A DNA stretch of 64,000 bases from a virus, in IMG/VR virus record IMGVR_UViG_3300020274_000001, positions 1-64,000 of that record; one strand, given 5' to 3'. Made by a program: the position numbers and the translations under genes. How positions within the stretch are numbered: position 1 is the first letter of the stretch; every line of letters begins with the position of its first letter. This document shows, piece by piece, positions 9,909-20,992 of the stretch. Under the pieces are notes generated by a model. It ran no database searches and was not told where the DNA came from. It saw only the letters and a program-made list of their open reading frames with translations.

Positions 9909-11744
9909 GTGGCTTACATCAAGGATTCACCAACCACAGACATTGCTACCACTTTGTCTGAACCAAGTTTTGTTGGCGGTCAATCAAGTATTCAAGATTA
10001 TCCATTTCAACAAAGAGGCTTTGGATTGGTTATGGCACAATTGGCCTCATCGTCTCCATTTTACTCGGGCGATTACTCCGAGACCAACTTGTTTGAATCC
10101 TTGATACCGATAGAGTTACTCCTTGGTGCTGGTGGTGGTGGTGGCTTTGGTGGTGGTGGAAGTTCTTACTCGAGATTCGCTCGTCCAATTCTACTTAGGA
10201 AGGATGACCACTATATCCCTACGCCCGCAGCAGTGGGGCTCGAAAACCCACCAGCCGATTTTCAAGACGACCAATTAGTAGAATTCAACTCCGACAATTA
10301 CTTTCAACTTAACCCAACAGAAGTTGTCGAACTCAATTCAGACGTTACGATAACTTCGGGTGGCACAGGGTATCCTTTCGGGGTATTTACTAACGTCGCC
10401 ACCACTGGGGGGACCGGGGTTGGATTAACCGTTGACATCCAAGTTGCCGGCGCAGGAGGAGTCACCGTAATATCTGCCACCGTTAACAATGAAGGATTTG
10501 GCTACACACATGGAGATACTATCAAAATCATTCATCCTACCGACCCCAGCCATGACAAAGCCAACAGAGCATCTCTAACGCTCAACAGAGACACGTTCAC
10601 TGTAATAATGAGAAACCTCACTAACACCAAACTGACTCTCAAGTATGGGAATGTAGACCAATTCGTATTTGTTGAGGGAACTAACCTTGGTGATGAACCT
10701 TCATCAGCAACAGCACAGACTGTGAGCAACATTCGCTGGCTTAAAAACAGAGCCGACATCGACTTTAACATTGATACTCTTACGATTTCAAATGCCGGTT
10801 CGGGTTTTACTCCCAACCAAGGAATCAGCAATGTGGTTCCTACTGGCGGGACCGGAACGGGCCTGATAGTCAACTTAGTTACGCACAGCACTCAAGATAA
10901 GATTATCTCCACTGTAATTGTTTCAGAGGGTCAAGGATATTCAAACGGAGATATCTTGAATGTCCCCGGGGGAAACAACGACGCTACTCTTACCGTGGTA
11001 ACCGATAGGTTTGGACATATTGCCGATATAACTGTTCAAAATGGAGAGGTTACCGGGCTCTCGGTCGTGACAACCGCAGATACCGCCAGTGGTTCAGACC
11101 CACTTGGAACAGGAGATTTACTGGAAGCAACACTTAGCAACGGCGGAAAGGTGAAATTCCGATATCTCAAAGGCATAACAGAATATCATAATTTTATAGC
11201 CGCAATTATGGTTCAAATTAACACCGCCGCCGGACATGGCTTTGAAGTAGGAGATTATATGGTGGTTGCCCATGACAACCCCGCTTTCCAAGTTTTAGGA
11301 ACTCCCGGTTTTTCCAGTTCGAAGAAAGACAAAGGAGAATACACTTGGGTAGACGAAGATGCCGTGTATTTCTTCCACCGTAACGTATCCCACCAAGATT
11401 GGGCTTCAGGTTTCGTAACTACTCCTGTGAACGACAGGTCGAAATTAGTGTCAGGAGTATCAGACGGCCCGGCGGCTCTTTCCGCCACTGATAAAATAAA
11501 TGAAAATCAAATGGGTATAACAGGCTCGTTTAATACGATAGCGCAAAGATTGAACCCTAAGTTCAAAGCGGTCAAAATGACGTGTGCTTCTGCTTGGAAT
11601 CTTCAAGAAAATGGCAAAACTACCGCTATCGGGGCAAACGTAGAACATATATTCCGATATTTTGGAGAAAATGATGGTTTATTCAAAGCAAACACACAAG
11701 GCGGAGGGTCAGCCACCCTTAATTGGCAATACTTCGTAGGTTGA
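9909..11744 (+). CDS. spike/fibre protein with repeated Gly-Thr beta domains
   Basis: Repeated modules GGTGY..TTGGTGVGLTVDI..EGFGY and PTGGTGTGLIVNL..EGQGY. Confidence 0.65.
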   Translation: MAYIKDSPTTDIATTLSEPSFVGGQSSIQDYPFQQRGFGLVMAQLASSSPFYSGDYSETNLFESLIPIELLLGAGGGGGFGGGGSSYSRFARPILLRKDDHYIPTPAAVGLENPPADFQDDQLVEFNSDNYFQLNPTEVVELNSDVTITSGGTGYPFGVFTNVATTGGTGVGLTVDIQVAGAGGVTVISATVNNEGFGYTHGDTIKIIHPTDPSHDKANRASLTLNRDTFTVIMRNLTNTKLTLKYGNVDQFVFVEGTNLGDEPSSATAQTVSNIRWLKNRADIDFNIDTLTISNAGSGFTPNQGISNVVPTGGTGTGLIVNLVTHSTQDKIISTVIVSEGQGYSNGDILNVPGGNNDATLTVVTDRFGHIADITVQNGEVTGLSVVTTADTASGSDPLGTGDLLEATLSNGGKVKFRYLKGITEYHNFIAAIMVQINTAAGHGFEVGDYMVVAHDNPAFQVLGTPGFSSSKKDKGEYTWVDEDAVYFFHRNVSHQDWASGFVTTPVNDRSKLVSGVSDGPAALSATDKINENQMGITGSFNTIAQRLNPKFKAVKMTCASAWNLQENGKTTAIGANVEHIFRYFGENDGLFKANTQGGGSATLNWQYFVG

Positions 11745-11748
11745 TAAC

Positions 11749-14700
11749 ATGGGAGACATAGGTGGACATTTATCGGCAAAGGGTGCATTCATTGACACCA
11801 ACAATGACGGCATCGTTGACGGATTTGCTCACACTATCAAGAACGCTGGTAACTTCAACACCTTTTCGCTAACCAATGGTGTCCTAACTGTTCAAGGTCC
11901 AACAGGCGGTGCCGCCATAGGTGGCTTAGATACTCATGTTCAATTCAATGACGGAGGAGTGTTCGGTGGAGAATCAACCTTTACTTACAATAAAACGAGC
12001 AATACATTGAACATTGCTAACGTTGTCATCAGCGGCGACCTAACAGTTAGCGGGACCACTACTACAATAAACACTGCCACATTAGATGTGGCCGACAATA
12101 TCATTACACTAAATAGTGACCTTGGGGGAGCAGTTGCTCCTTCTCAAAACGCAGGTATTCTGATTAACCGTGGTTCATCAGACGACGCTCAATTCATATG
12201 GGATGAAGGAAACGACCAGTGGAACTTTAGCGATGTGGGTGGAACCGAGCATGACCTCGCAGGGGTAGCAAAGGTATTCGCAAAAGGGGCTGGCGCAGTA
12301 TACACTTTCACCACCGACACAGATACAGGAATAGAGCACACTGGGACAGACCAACTTGGATTGGTCACAGGAAACACTCGTGTGCTTATGGTAAGCACAA
12401 ATGGTGTTCACATTGCACCCGGTGGTGCAACAGGTGCGGGTTCTAACCAAGCACTACTTGTAGACGACATCGTAATGGATACGCAAACCATTAGCACATT
12501 GAACTCCAACAAGAACCTCATACTTGCTCCGCACGGTAGCGGTTCAGTAGAGTTGGGAGCAGTATCATCTAACGCTACTTCTGTCATTACTACCCCATCT
12601 GCGCACAATGTAATTGGAACCTCTGTATCTATTCAAGCAGGTAGCACAACTGCCGGCACAACAAACAACATCGCAGGTGGAAGCCTAACTCTGTCTGCGG
12701 GACAAGGAAAGGGAACGGGAGCAGGTGGTTCAATTCTTTTCAAGACGGCAGACGGTGGTTCATCGGGAAGCACACTTAACCCATTGACTACCAAGATGAC
12801 CATCTTGGATAGTGGTTTCGTTGGTATCGCACAAAACACCCCTACGGCCTCATTGCATGTAGGTGGCGATGCAATTATTTCTGGTAACTTAACAGTTAGC
12901 GGAACCTCGACGGCTGTTTCAACAACGAACACATTCGTCACAGACGACATATTAACACTCAACAGTGGAGAGACAGCCAACGGTGTCGCAAGTGGGGCGG
13001 CTGGTATTGAAATCGACAGGGGTGTTAATGGTGGTGGAGTTGACAATACTATTGCTCGGTTCATTTTTGACGAAAGCGATGACAAATTCAAAACACAGAT
13101 GGAGACAAGTTCGGGCTCTGGCTCATACAATGCCGCAGGTATAGTTGCTTCATCTGTTGAAGGAACAACAGGAACGTTCTCCGGAGACTTGACTGTCGAC
13201 ACGAACGTTCTGAAAGTGGACACATCAAACAATCGTGTTGGTGTCAACAAGGCTCCAACAGTCGCACTCGACGTTAGTGGAGCGGTGGCCGGTGATAGTA
13301 GTGCTACCTTTGGTGCCATTGTTCAAGGCGAAGGGATATTGGCCTCCAACAAGTCTGGGTTTCTCGTCTACTTCATCAACAACAATGCCTCGTCTACGGC
13401 CTTGGGTATGCCTCTACGCATAGACGGTAGTCATGCTACAAGTGTCGTCCAAGCGAACCAAGCGCAAAGCAACACACTTGCGAACTGTGCAGTTGGTTTG
13501 GCCACAGGCAACACGGGCAACGGCGATACAGGAAGAATGGCTGTATCGGGTTCATTGCTGGATATTCCAGCATCATCATTTACAGGAAGCGACCCTTCAG
13601 ATGGAGATGCAGTATATGTCTCGGGCACCGCAGGGAAACTAACTGTTGACGTTCCTTCTACCGGCTATGTCCAACAGATTGGTAGGATTCAAGATACGAA
13701 TGTAAGTGTCTCCGGTAACAGTGGAACGGCAACCATCATTATCAGTATTGGAACGCCAATCCCCGCAGAAGTGTATGATGGAGACGCTCAAGGGGTAACA
13801 GTTGTAACAGGCACACTGCCAATTGTATCCACAGGAGGAGCAACACCAGCAATCAGCATCAACGCCGCTACTACGGGTGCCGCAGGTTCTATGTCTGCCG
13901 CAGACAAAACGAAATTAGACGGTATTGAAGCACTCGCAGACGTGACAGACGCAACCAATGTTAACGCCGCAGGTGCAATCATGCATAGCGACTTAGGAAC
14001 AAAGGGGGACTTGGTTGTAGGTGATGGTGTAGGAGATGCGACTATTTTGTCAGTGGGAACTGACGGATTTGCTTTAACAGCCGACAGTAATGAAGCGTCT
14101 GGAGTCAAATGGGCAGAAAATTATAGAAAAGTCAAAGTGGCACTCGTCGGAGCAGCAGACGCAACTCTTGCCGCCGATGAAACATTAACACTAATTGGCG
14201 GCACTAACGTCACACTTAGCGAAAATGCTGGAGCAGTGACCATCAATGCTACGGGTGGCGGTGGTGGTGGAACTACACAAAATCTCTTTGAAACGATTGC
14301 TGTCTCGGGTCAAAGTAATGTAGTTGCTGATAGTGCAACTGATACATTGACATTGGTTGCCGGTAGCAATATGACTATCACCACAAATGCAGTTGGAGAT
14401 AGTATAACCTTTGCGTCTTCTGGTGGAGGGGGTGGTGGCAGTGGCGGCTATCCATTGTTTAGGCACGACAAGACCCCATCCTTACATAATTTTTCACCAT
14501 TTAGAATACTACAAGATGGCGACACAATAGAATTAGGGGTGTCAGGTTATGGCGGAGACGATGCAGATGTTTCGGTATTCACCCCCGAACCGAAAATCGA
14601 CGATGGGTTAAAGACGGATATTATTACTATATCTGACATAGGGCCTGTGTCAACAAATACAGGTCGAGAATACATTTTTTACGGACAATTTGGTCCTCCA

Positions 14701-15105
14701 AAGTTAACGAATATAACAGCGTATACCACAGATACACAAAATGGAGTTTATGGAAAGAAAACCTTTTTCATTAGCAATATGTCTGTCGTCAAGTTAGGTG
14801 CGGCTACGCCTGTTTCGAGTGCTATCTATATTGTCGGAATGGGCCCAGTGAATAACGTCAGAGTAATAGATGCTGGAGAACATGACATAATACCACAAGA
14901 CTCGAATCCGCTCGACCTCGGCGAAGGAGAAGGAGAAGGAGGAGGAGGAGGCTCAGTAGAAAATTGCCGGCTATTACTGATTTGTGACAACCAAGTGCGT
15001 TTGGTAATGGATGACAATTCTGGAGAACCGGTTTTATTCCCTAACTTTGCTTTTAACCCTACTCAATTAGGAATAGTAGGTGGCGGCAAAGGCGGCGGTA
15101 AGTAA
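11749..15105 (+). CDS. long receptor-binding fibre/spike (1118 aa)
   Basis: Gly/Thr/Ala/Asn rich; internal repeats GDLTVSGTTT..DNIITLNS and GNLTVSGTST..DDILTLNS; fibre-type motifs. Confidence 0.7.
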   Translation: MGDIGGHLSAKGAFIDTNNDGIVDGFAHTIKNAGNFNTFSLTNGVLTVQGPTGGAAIGGLDTHVQFNDGGVFGGESTFTYNKTSNTLNIANVVISGDLTVSGTTTTINTATLDVADNIITLNSDLGGAVAPSQNAGILINRGSSDDAQFIWDEGNDQWNFSDVGGTEHDLAGVAKVFAKGAGAVYTFTTDTDTGIEHTGTDQLGLVTGNTRVLMVSTNGVHIAPGGATGAGSNQALLVDDIVMDTQTISTLNSNKNLILAPHGSGSVELGAVSSNATSVITTPSAHNVIGTSVSIQAGSTTAGTTNNIAGGSLTLSAGQGKGTGAGGSILFKTADGGSSGSTLNPLTTKMTILDSGFVGIAQNTPTASLHVGGDAIISGNLTVSGTSTAVSTTNTFVTDDILTLNSGETANGVASGAAGIEIDRGVNGGGVDNTIARFIFDESDDKFKTQMETSSGSGSYNAAGIVASSVEGTTGTFSGDLTVDTNVLKVDTSNNRVGVNKAPTVALDVSGAVAGDSSATFGAIVQGEGILASNKSGFLVYFINNNASSTALGMPLRIDGSHATSVVQANQAQSNTLANCAVGLATGNTGNGDTGRMAVSGSLLDIPASSFTGSDPSDGDAVYVSGTAGKLTVDVPSTGYVQQIGRIQDTNVSVSGNSGTATIIISIGTPIPAEVYDGDAQGVTVVTGTLPIVSTGGATPAISINAATTGAAGSMSAADKTKLDGIEALADVTDATNVNAAGAIMHSDLGTKGDLVVGDGVGDATILSVGTDGFALTADSNEASGVKWAENYRKVKVALVGAADATLAADETLTLIGGTNVTLSENAGAVTINATGGGGGGTTQNLFETIAVSGQSNVVADSATDTLTLVAGSNMTITTNAVGDSITFASSGGGGGGSGGYPLFRHDKTPSLHNFSPFRILQDGDTIELGVSGYGGDDADVSVFTPEPKIDDGLKTDIITISDIGPVSTNTGREYIFYGQFGPPKLTNITAYTTDTQNGVYGKKTFFISNMSVVKLGAATPVSSAIYIVGMGPVNNVRVIDAGEHDIIPQDSNPLDLGEGEGEGGGGGSVENCRLLLICDNQVRLVMDDNSGEPVLFPNFAFNPTQLGIVGGGKGGGK

Positions 15106-15154
15106 TACCATAAGTTCCGATTCATTCATGTCCTATGCGAACATGGAGTAGCAC

Positions 15155-15613
15155 ATGGACCCATTCTCGCCACCATACAAGACGGGATTCGTTGGCACGG
15201 TAGAAGTGCCAAAGAAGAAAGGCAACAACGTTGTCGAGTATGCCTTTGAATGGCATGATGGCAACCCCGAAGACGAAGACCGCTCTGGCTACGGGGTTTC
15301 CGTCTTAGAGGGCAAGATAGTCATAGGAGGTAGCCCAATCATTGGTATCTCGACTCGTGTAGATGATTACGACCCATCTATACAATGGGTGGCAATCGAA
15401 GGATTCGCTGAAATTAGGACTTCACTATTACTTGGCAACGCTGGTCATATTGACAAGAATGGATTTTTCAAAGCCAAGAAGAAGTTGCCCAAGATATCTG
15501 GCTCCCGGGTTGCAATACTAATTGAGACCGTTAAGGAACCAGAAATGGGTAAGAACATGTTCCAAATGAAGAAATGCCTTTCACCGGGTGTTTCTAAAGT
15601 TCTGCTGTGGTGA
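15155..15613 (+). CDS. hypothetical protein
   Basis: Probable leaderless start about 30 nt after an AT-rich box (TTCATTCAT). Confidence 0.55.
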   Translation: MDPFSPPYKTGFVGTVEVPKKKGNNVVEYAFEWHDGNPEDEDRSGYGVSVLEGKIVIGGSPIIGISTRVDDYDPSIQWVAIEGFAEIRTSLLLGNAGHIDKNGFFKAKKKLPKISGSRVAILIETVKEPEMGKNMFQMKKCLSPGVSKVLLW

Positions 15614-15618
15614 AAGAA

Positions 15619-15912
15619 ATGGCATTAGTAAAACAAATAGAATCTCCATCGGGAGTAACACTTGAACAAGGATATCATAAGATTGCTGAAGGACACTTGA
15701 AGTGGATAGAAAATAAACGCAGGTGGTATCTCAAGTATACCGTCGAGCACTATTATGACCGGACCGCCCGTAAGCAAAAGAAAGAGCCCGTATTCATGTC
15801 AGAATACTTGATGAAAATCAACCTAACAGATGAAGCAGATGGAAACCCAATCGCTCAAGCCTACAAACATTTGAAGACCATGGAAGGATTCGAAGAGGCA
15901 GGTGACATCTGA
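15619..15912 (+). CDS. hypothetical protein, fibre-assembly-like
   Basis: MALVKQI...IAQAYKHLKTMEGFEEA pattern is common next to phage fibre genes. Confidence 0.5.
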   Translation: MALVKQIESPSGVTLEQGYHKIAEGHLKWIENKRRWYLKYTVEHYYDRTARKQKKEPVFMSEYLMKINLTDEADGNPIAQAYKHLKTMEGFEEAGDI

Positions 15913-16319
15913 TGGGTTCTTTAGAAATGTCGAAGATAGTCGGTGAAGGCACCACTTCAGTTTCACAAGCAAAGAAGGCTTTGAAACTCGCCATTAAAGA
16001 ATACAAGCACTCGATTACTCGAGAATACCTTGACGACAAGAAGAAGGGCATTGTAGGGCGGAAGATGTATCGTGACAAGTGGGGCTATGACGAATTGTCT
16101 GCTGAAGTTCAATGGGTTGGTCTAAACAGCCAGTTGATTGTCGTTTGCGAATATTTTCTACGGCATCTTGAAACACATACCCTTGCCCAAACAAAGAAAC
16201 ATTTCTTGAAATTGTGGGATGCAAAAGTAAAGGACAAACACATGAGAGAGGTAAAAGAACATCAAAATAAACTCCTTTACCGTCTCAATGAGGGCATCGA
16301 AGGTGCTCTAATGCCCTAA
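15912..16319 (+). CDS. basic hypothetical protein
   Basis: TGATG coupling with the upstream gene. Confidence 0.55.
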   Translation: MGSLEMSKIVGEGTTSVSQAKKALKLAIKEYKHSITREYLDDKKKGIVGRKMYRDKWGYDELSAEVQWVGLNSQLIVVCEYFLRHLETHTLAQTKKHFLKLWDAKVKDKHMREVKEHQNKLLYRLNEGIEGALMP

Positions 16320-16366
16320 GCGTATGCGTCATCTCGTTTAAGGCTGATACGAAACCTACGCACTTC

Positions 16367-17899
16367 ATGGCAGACGTCACCGATGCGACCCAAGAGGGTC
16401 AGAAAGTCACAGCGCAAGAAGTAAACATCATCGCCGCAAAAGAGATTGCGAACCTTGTTCGGTCCACCCTTGGACCTATGGGCATGGACAAGATGTTGGT
16501 ATCAAATGATGGCAGTATCACCGTTACAAATGACGGTGCTACGATTCTCCGGACGGTTAACATTACACACCCTACGGCTCGAATGATTATTCAAGTCGCA
16601 AAAGCACAGGAAGCAGAGTGCTATGACGGAACAACATCATCCGTTATCTTCGCCGGCGAGTTAATGAAGCAAACAGAACAACTACTTGCGAAAGGAATCC
16701 ACGCTACTATGATTGTTCGTGGTTTCAAGCAAGCGGCAAAGAAAGCACTCGCACACCTCGATACCATCACAGAGAACACAGGAAAGGCACTTAATGACGT
16801 AGCATTGACCGCAATGACAGGGAAGTCGGCAGAAGACGACGGAGACCATCTTGCGGCTCTGTGTGTAGAAGCGGCTACACGCTCCTCTCCAACTGATGTA
16901 AATATCGTAGTCCGACCGGGAGCACCTGTTTCCGATTCATTCTTCACAGATGGTTGTATCGTAGACAAATCAAAGATGATTCATTCCATGCCCGATGCAG
17001 TAGTTGGTGCCAAGGTTGCACTGTTCGACTGCGAATTGACCGTTCCTTCATTGGGACAAGGCGTGAATATGCAATTCAACGACCCCACATTGGCCTCCCA
17101 ATATCTCGAGGAAAAGAAATCAGAGTTAGCCACTATTGCGCAACAAATCATCGATTCTGGAGCAAACGTGGTTTTATCCATGAAGGACATTGACCCAGCC
17201 GTAGCAGACGTATTTGCCCGAAACAAAGTGTATGCGGCTCGCAGAGTAGCGGCGTCAGACCTCGAAGCAGTAGCAGTTGCAACCAATGCTACCATTGTAA
17301 GCAATGTTCATGACATTGAACCAGCAGACCTCGGAGAGTGCGATTCGGTAGAAGAGAAGAAATTCGACTTATCTCCACGCCCACTATTGTTCTTTAATGG
17401 TGTCCCAAACAGTGAAGTATCGAGTATCATGGTATTCGCACCAACGGAACACCTTGCATACGAGATTGGGAGGGCCTTGGATGACGCTGTTGGTGTAGTC
17501 CATATCGCTCACAAAGATAACGCAATTGTTTCTGGAGGAGGAAGCGCATACATGTCAATGTCACTACAAGTGAAGGATTTTGCGGCCTCCGTAGGGGGTA
17601 GGGCACAGTTAGCAGTAGAAGCATATGCAGAGGCATTGGAGATTATTCCAGCCACTCTTGCAGAAAACTGTGGGCTATCTCCTATTGATAGTCTACTCAA
17701 ACTCCGTGTAGCCCACGCTAATGGAGACCATGGAGCATATATTGATGCTTTTGAAGGCGACCTGTCTGTTGACAGAACAGTCGTCGAACCGAAGCGTGTG
17801 GTTCACACAGCCGTTCAAGGCGCAACCGATACCGCATGCATGATACTTCGTATAGACAACATCGTTACTGCGAAGGAACCAGAAGAATTTGGAATGTGA
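16367..17899 (+). CDS. ths: group II chaperonin (thermosome subunit)
   Basis: STLGPMGMDKML, TNDGATIL, CYDGTTS, GGGSAY, ILRIDNIV motifs. Confidence 0.97.
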   Translation: MADVTDATQEGQKVTAQEVNIIAAKEIANLVRSTLGPMGMDKMLVSNDGSITVTNDGATILRTVNITHPTARMIIQVAKAQEAECYDGTTSSVIFAGELMKQTEQLLAKGIHATMIVRGFKQAAKKALAHLDTITENTGKALNDVALTAMTGKSAEDDGDHLAALCVEAATRSSPTDVNIVVRPGAPVSDSFFTDGCIVDKSKMIHSMPDAVVGAKVALFDCELTVPSLGQGVNMQFNDPTLASQYLEEKKSELATIAQQIIDSGANVVLSMKDIDPAVADVFARNKVYAARRVAASDLEAVAVATNATIVSNVHDIEPADLGECDSVEEKKFDLSPRPLLFFNGVPNSEVSSIMVFAPTEHLAYEIGRALDDAVGVVHIAHKDNAIVSGGGSAYMSMSLQVKDFAASVGGRAQLAVEAYAEALEIIPATLAENCGLSPIDSLLKLRVAHANGDHGAYIDAFEGDLSVDRTVVEPKRVVHTAVQGATDTACMILRIDNIVTAKEPEEFGM

Positions 17900-17903
17900 T
17901 AAT

Positions 17904-18143
17904 ATGACAGAAGGAAAGAAAGAAGAAACCAAAGAAGTAACACAGGCCCCAGCGCAACCACAGGAAACTACCCGAGACCACGTGCTGGCACGCCTTAACC
18001 ATTTGACTACGCTCCCCATTAGGTGTGTAAACATCGTTTACATACCGGAGACCGGAGAGTTGATGTTAAATCACACACAGGGCATGCCAAGGCATGAGAT
18101 TGTTGGGCTAATGGAGGCCGTTCGAGATGAGACAAAAAAGTGA
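17904..18143 (+). CDS. hypothetical protein
   Basis: Packed downstream of the chaperonin. Confidence 0.5.
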   Translation: MTEGKKEETKEVTQAPAQPQETTRDHVLARLNHLTTLPIRCVNIVYIPETGELMLNHTQGMPRHEIVGLMEAVRDETKK

Positions 18144-18153
18144 TGCTATTGGA

Positions 18154-18921
18154 ATGATGACTAACCCGCTTGTTGGGAGCCTATTGGCTAACGATAGCAA
18201 TGAATTAAACGAAGAGTTAATGCTCGCCAGAGAGGAGCAGAGAGAACATGAATTACGCCTACTCGGGACATTTCTGTTCCAAGCAGTTTTCCTTTCTCTA
18301 TGTATCCTGTTATATGAGCGATGGGAGTGGTCTCAATTCAATAACCTATACGAAGCACTCGTATTCTGGTTTACTGCGTCGTTCGCACTACAAGCAGGCT
18401 TCTACTTTATTTATCGAGCAGGATTTGAAGATTCCAATAGTCACCGTAAGAACCTACGCCGAATGAGACAATCGAACAAGCGAAGACTGTCGATGATTAA
18501 ATACCAACAAGAAAAGAAACAATTAGAGACCGTATTGGCTCAACAATTGTCCATGTTCCAGCAAACCTATTCAGAATATAATGCCGATGGCGTTATTGAT
18601 GCACAGGAGAATGCTGATTTGGGAAACAAGTTGGCCGAGATAATGTCGACATTGGCACAAGTCTCTGGAGGCGAACCCCAGCAACAACAGAGGTCTCTAA
18701 CTCCACAAGACGTAGGTCTGGGTCGAATGGACATTATGGGACTACCAATCGGCCCAAAACTGACGATTTCATCAATACCCGATGGAGGCTTGCAAGGTGG
18801 TCCAGCGTCCTTCCAAGGAGGTCCCCCGAATCAAATGTTGAATTTGCAACCAGCAGGGACCCGAGAAGAGCAAGAAATCATTCGAGCCAACCAACTGGAA
18901 GAAATAAACTCAAACGTATAA
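18154..18921 (+). CDS. two-TM coiled-coil membrane protein
   Basis: Two TM helices, coiled coil, EF-hand-like loop EYNADGVIDAQE, Gln/Pro tail. Confidence 0.65.
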   Translation: MMTNPLVGSLLANDSNELNEELMLAREEQREHELRLLGTFLFQAVFLSLCILLYERWEWSQFNNLYEALVFWFTASFALQAGFYFIYRAGFEDSNSHRKNLRRMRQSNKRRLSMIKYQQEKKQLETVLAQQLSMFQQTYSEYNADGVIDAQENADLGNKLAEIMSTLAQVSGGEPQQQQRSLTPQDVGLGRMDIMGLPIGPKLTISSIPDGGLQGGPASFQGGPPNQMLNLQPAGTREEQEIIRANQLEEINSNV

Positions 18922-19196
18922 CCTGCGGGGCATTGACAAAGGCAGGAACGCCGTGTAAGATAAGAACGAAAGGAGGGCATTGTCATCACCACGACTAATC
19001 AAAAGGCCGTTGATGCGGCAACATTCGTCGACATATTGTCGAAAACCTGCTCGATGTTGTTAGAATATCACGAAGAGTGGGGCGTTCATCATATCGAAGA
19101 GGTTACGAAATTACTATGGGTATTGTCAGATGCCACATTTGATAAAGAAAACAGTAAAGTAAAAATGGATTTCTCACCATTTCTGGGGGAAGCCTA

Positions 19197-19445
19197 ATGC
19201 CACTTGGGTATAGTATTTTTAGAAACAACGAAGACGAGCAAAGAGAAGCAATGGCCTCTCAACAAACTTACGCCAACGAAGGAATAACTTGGCACCTTCG
19301 CATTATGCGCTGGAAATACATCGGCTACACCGTAGTATGGTCAACGGCAACAGGATGCGCAGTAGCGATTACCGATTATTCTATCAACCTGTTTACCGAT
19401 TATAACGGTATACTTGGATGGGTTTTTACTGGCTTGTTCGGGTGA
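19197..19445 (+). CDS. small membrane protein of the GTPase operon
   Basis: Hydrophobic C-terminal half; immediately upstream of the GTPase. Confidence 0.6.
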   Translation: MPLGYSIFRNNEDEQREAMASQQTYANEGITWHLRIMRWKYIGYTVVWSTATGCAVAITDYSINLFTDYNGILGWVFTGLFG

Positions 19446-19449
19446 TTGA

Positions 19450-20163
19450 ATGGCTTCCGGAGAAATCCTCGTTGCTCACGGTATGTGGGAGGTTATCCGG
19501 AGTTCTCGTCAGTATGTTCAACATTCGGTAGGAGTCTATGGTGCGTCAATGACTGGTAAAACAACACTCGACAGGCAATTAACCACTCAAGGTGAAGTAA
19601 GACCACTCGGAGAGGATGAACGCACCCATCACCGGAAGAAGCGAGGAGGATACGTTATGCCAGAACCGACAGCCAAAAGAATCCGCAGTCAAGGGTTGAG
19701 AAGGACCGTAGTGTCAAGAGACTTAGGTGGGCACGTTGAATATCAGTCTTCTTGGCTCAAAGACATGTGGCAAAGGAAAGTTAAGACGATAGTTGTCGTT
19801 CTTGACCATCGACATTTAGAAGATGTTTCAAACACCGAAAATCAAGTTGCTTTGTCGTATCTTGTGAGTTCGCTTCGTAGTCAAACAAGACCAAAGGGCC
19901 TCGGATTAAAGCGAATACTTCAACGAAAATACATGCCTCGAAGGGTAATAATACTCATGAACAAAGCAGATATTTGGATGGATGAGGAAGCCTATGAATT
20001 ATGGGAAAAGGGGTTCATTGTTAGGCATGCAATATTCGACGCTTTCCGTCAGACCTTGTATGAATTCCAAGAAGCAAATATACCTGTTAGAGTAGACGCC
20101 TGTGCCGCTTCAATAGGTTGGAATGTCGACGATGCTATCTTCAAGGGGTTGATGGACCTTTGA
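19450..20163 (+). CDS. small Ras/Arf-like P-loop GTPase
   Basis: G1 GASMTGKT, G3 DLGG, G4 NKAD, G5-like CAA. Confidence 0.85.
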   Translation: MASGEILVAHGMWEVIRSSRQYVQHSVGVYGASMTGKTTLDRQLTTQGEVRPLGEDERTHHRKKRGGYVMPEPTAKRIRSQGLRRTVVSRDLGGHVEYQSSWLKDMWQRKVKTIVVVLDHRHLEDVSNTENQVALSYLVSSLRSQTRPKGLGLKRILQRKYMPRRVIILMNKADIWMDEEAYELWEKGFIVRHAIFDAFRQTLYEFQEANIPVRVDACAASIGWNVDDAIFKGLMDL

Positions 20164-20211
20164 CCGATTCATTGATTTGCTTGTGCATGCTGGCATAGTT
20201 GAGGCGATATC

Positions 20212-20976
20212 ATGTCATTTCAAGAAGAGCGCATGTTGAAAATGATAGAACAACTTCCTCAAAACGACAGCGAGGTCGGATATAATGCTGTTATTCCTGT
20301 CGTAGAATGGGAGTTTTCTGACACAGGGGACCCAGTAAAAGACCGCAGAAGGAACATCAAAAATGCACTAAAGGCACTAAAACCAGAAAAGCGTTGGTTT
20401 GCTATTCCCGGATTTGGATTATTGCCGTTTGTAGGCGGAGCGAGATTCCGATACAGTGGTAACGCTAACAGGTGCGTTGTAACAGGTAGTGATTGCTCTG
20501 CCCTTTCTTACGGGGAATTGTGGAATATGTATCGACCAGACTTATTCACCCCATACTCAAAGGTGCTCCCCGGAGCAGGGGTTCCACTTAATGGGACATA
20601 TAGTCCCCAACACATGCAACTATACCACTTGTTGCTACAATGGGTCGAGCAGGAGGCCGCCGAAAACGACAAAGGATTCTTCAAACGAATGAAGAAGAAA
20701 GGAGTTTCCTTCATACCGATTCGCAGAGAAGAAGTAGTCCAAACAGACCCCCTTCTCAACAAATGGTCAGAGGCATTTATGGAGGCAGAGAAGGACGGTA
20801 TTCCTATTATGCACTTCAAGAATCCCGGTTGTCCTAATTGTGGGTATGGCAAAGGCCAGAACGACGTAACCTTCATGATGTTCGATAATAGGACTCTCAA
20901 TGCTACTTTTGAAAGAGCAGATACTATGGACGGTAAGGCGTATGAAACAACTTCTAAAGGAGCGCAAGTGAATTAA
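20212..20976 (+). CDS. hypothetical protein (Cys motifs)
   Basis: 254-aa ORF in the GTPase cluster. Confidence 0.6.
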   Translation: MSFQEERMLKMIEQLPQNDSEVGYNAVIPVVEWEFSDTGDPVKDRRRNIKNALKALKPEKRWFAIPGFGLLPFVGGARFRYSGNANRCVVTGSDCSALSYGELWNMYRPDLFTPYSKVLPGAGVPLNGTYSPQHMQLYHLLLQWVEQEAAENDKGFFKRMKKKGVSFIPIRREEVVQTDPLLNKWSEAFMEAEKDGIPIMHFKNPGCPNCGYGKGQNDVTFMMFDNRTLNATFERADTMDGKAYETTSKGAQVN

Positions 20977-20992
20977 GTGTATTCTTCATCGG

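Noticed and set aside
2475-14466. Long minus-strand ORFs such as 2475-3221 and 12633-13319
   Set aside because: Antisense shadows of Gly/Ala/Thr-rich structural genes.
19450-20163. Genome-packaging ATPase
   Set aside because: Has GTPase-specific DxxG and NKxD motifs rather than FtsK/A32 Walker B and arginine-finger motifs.
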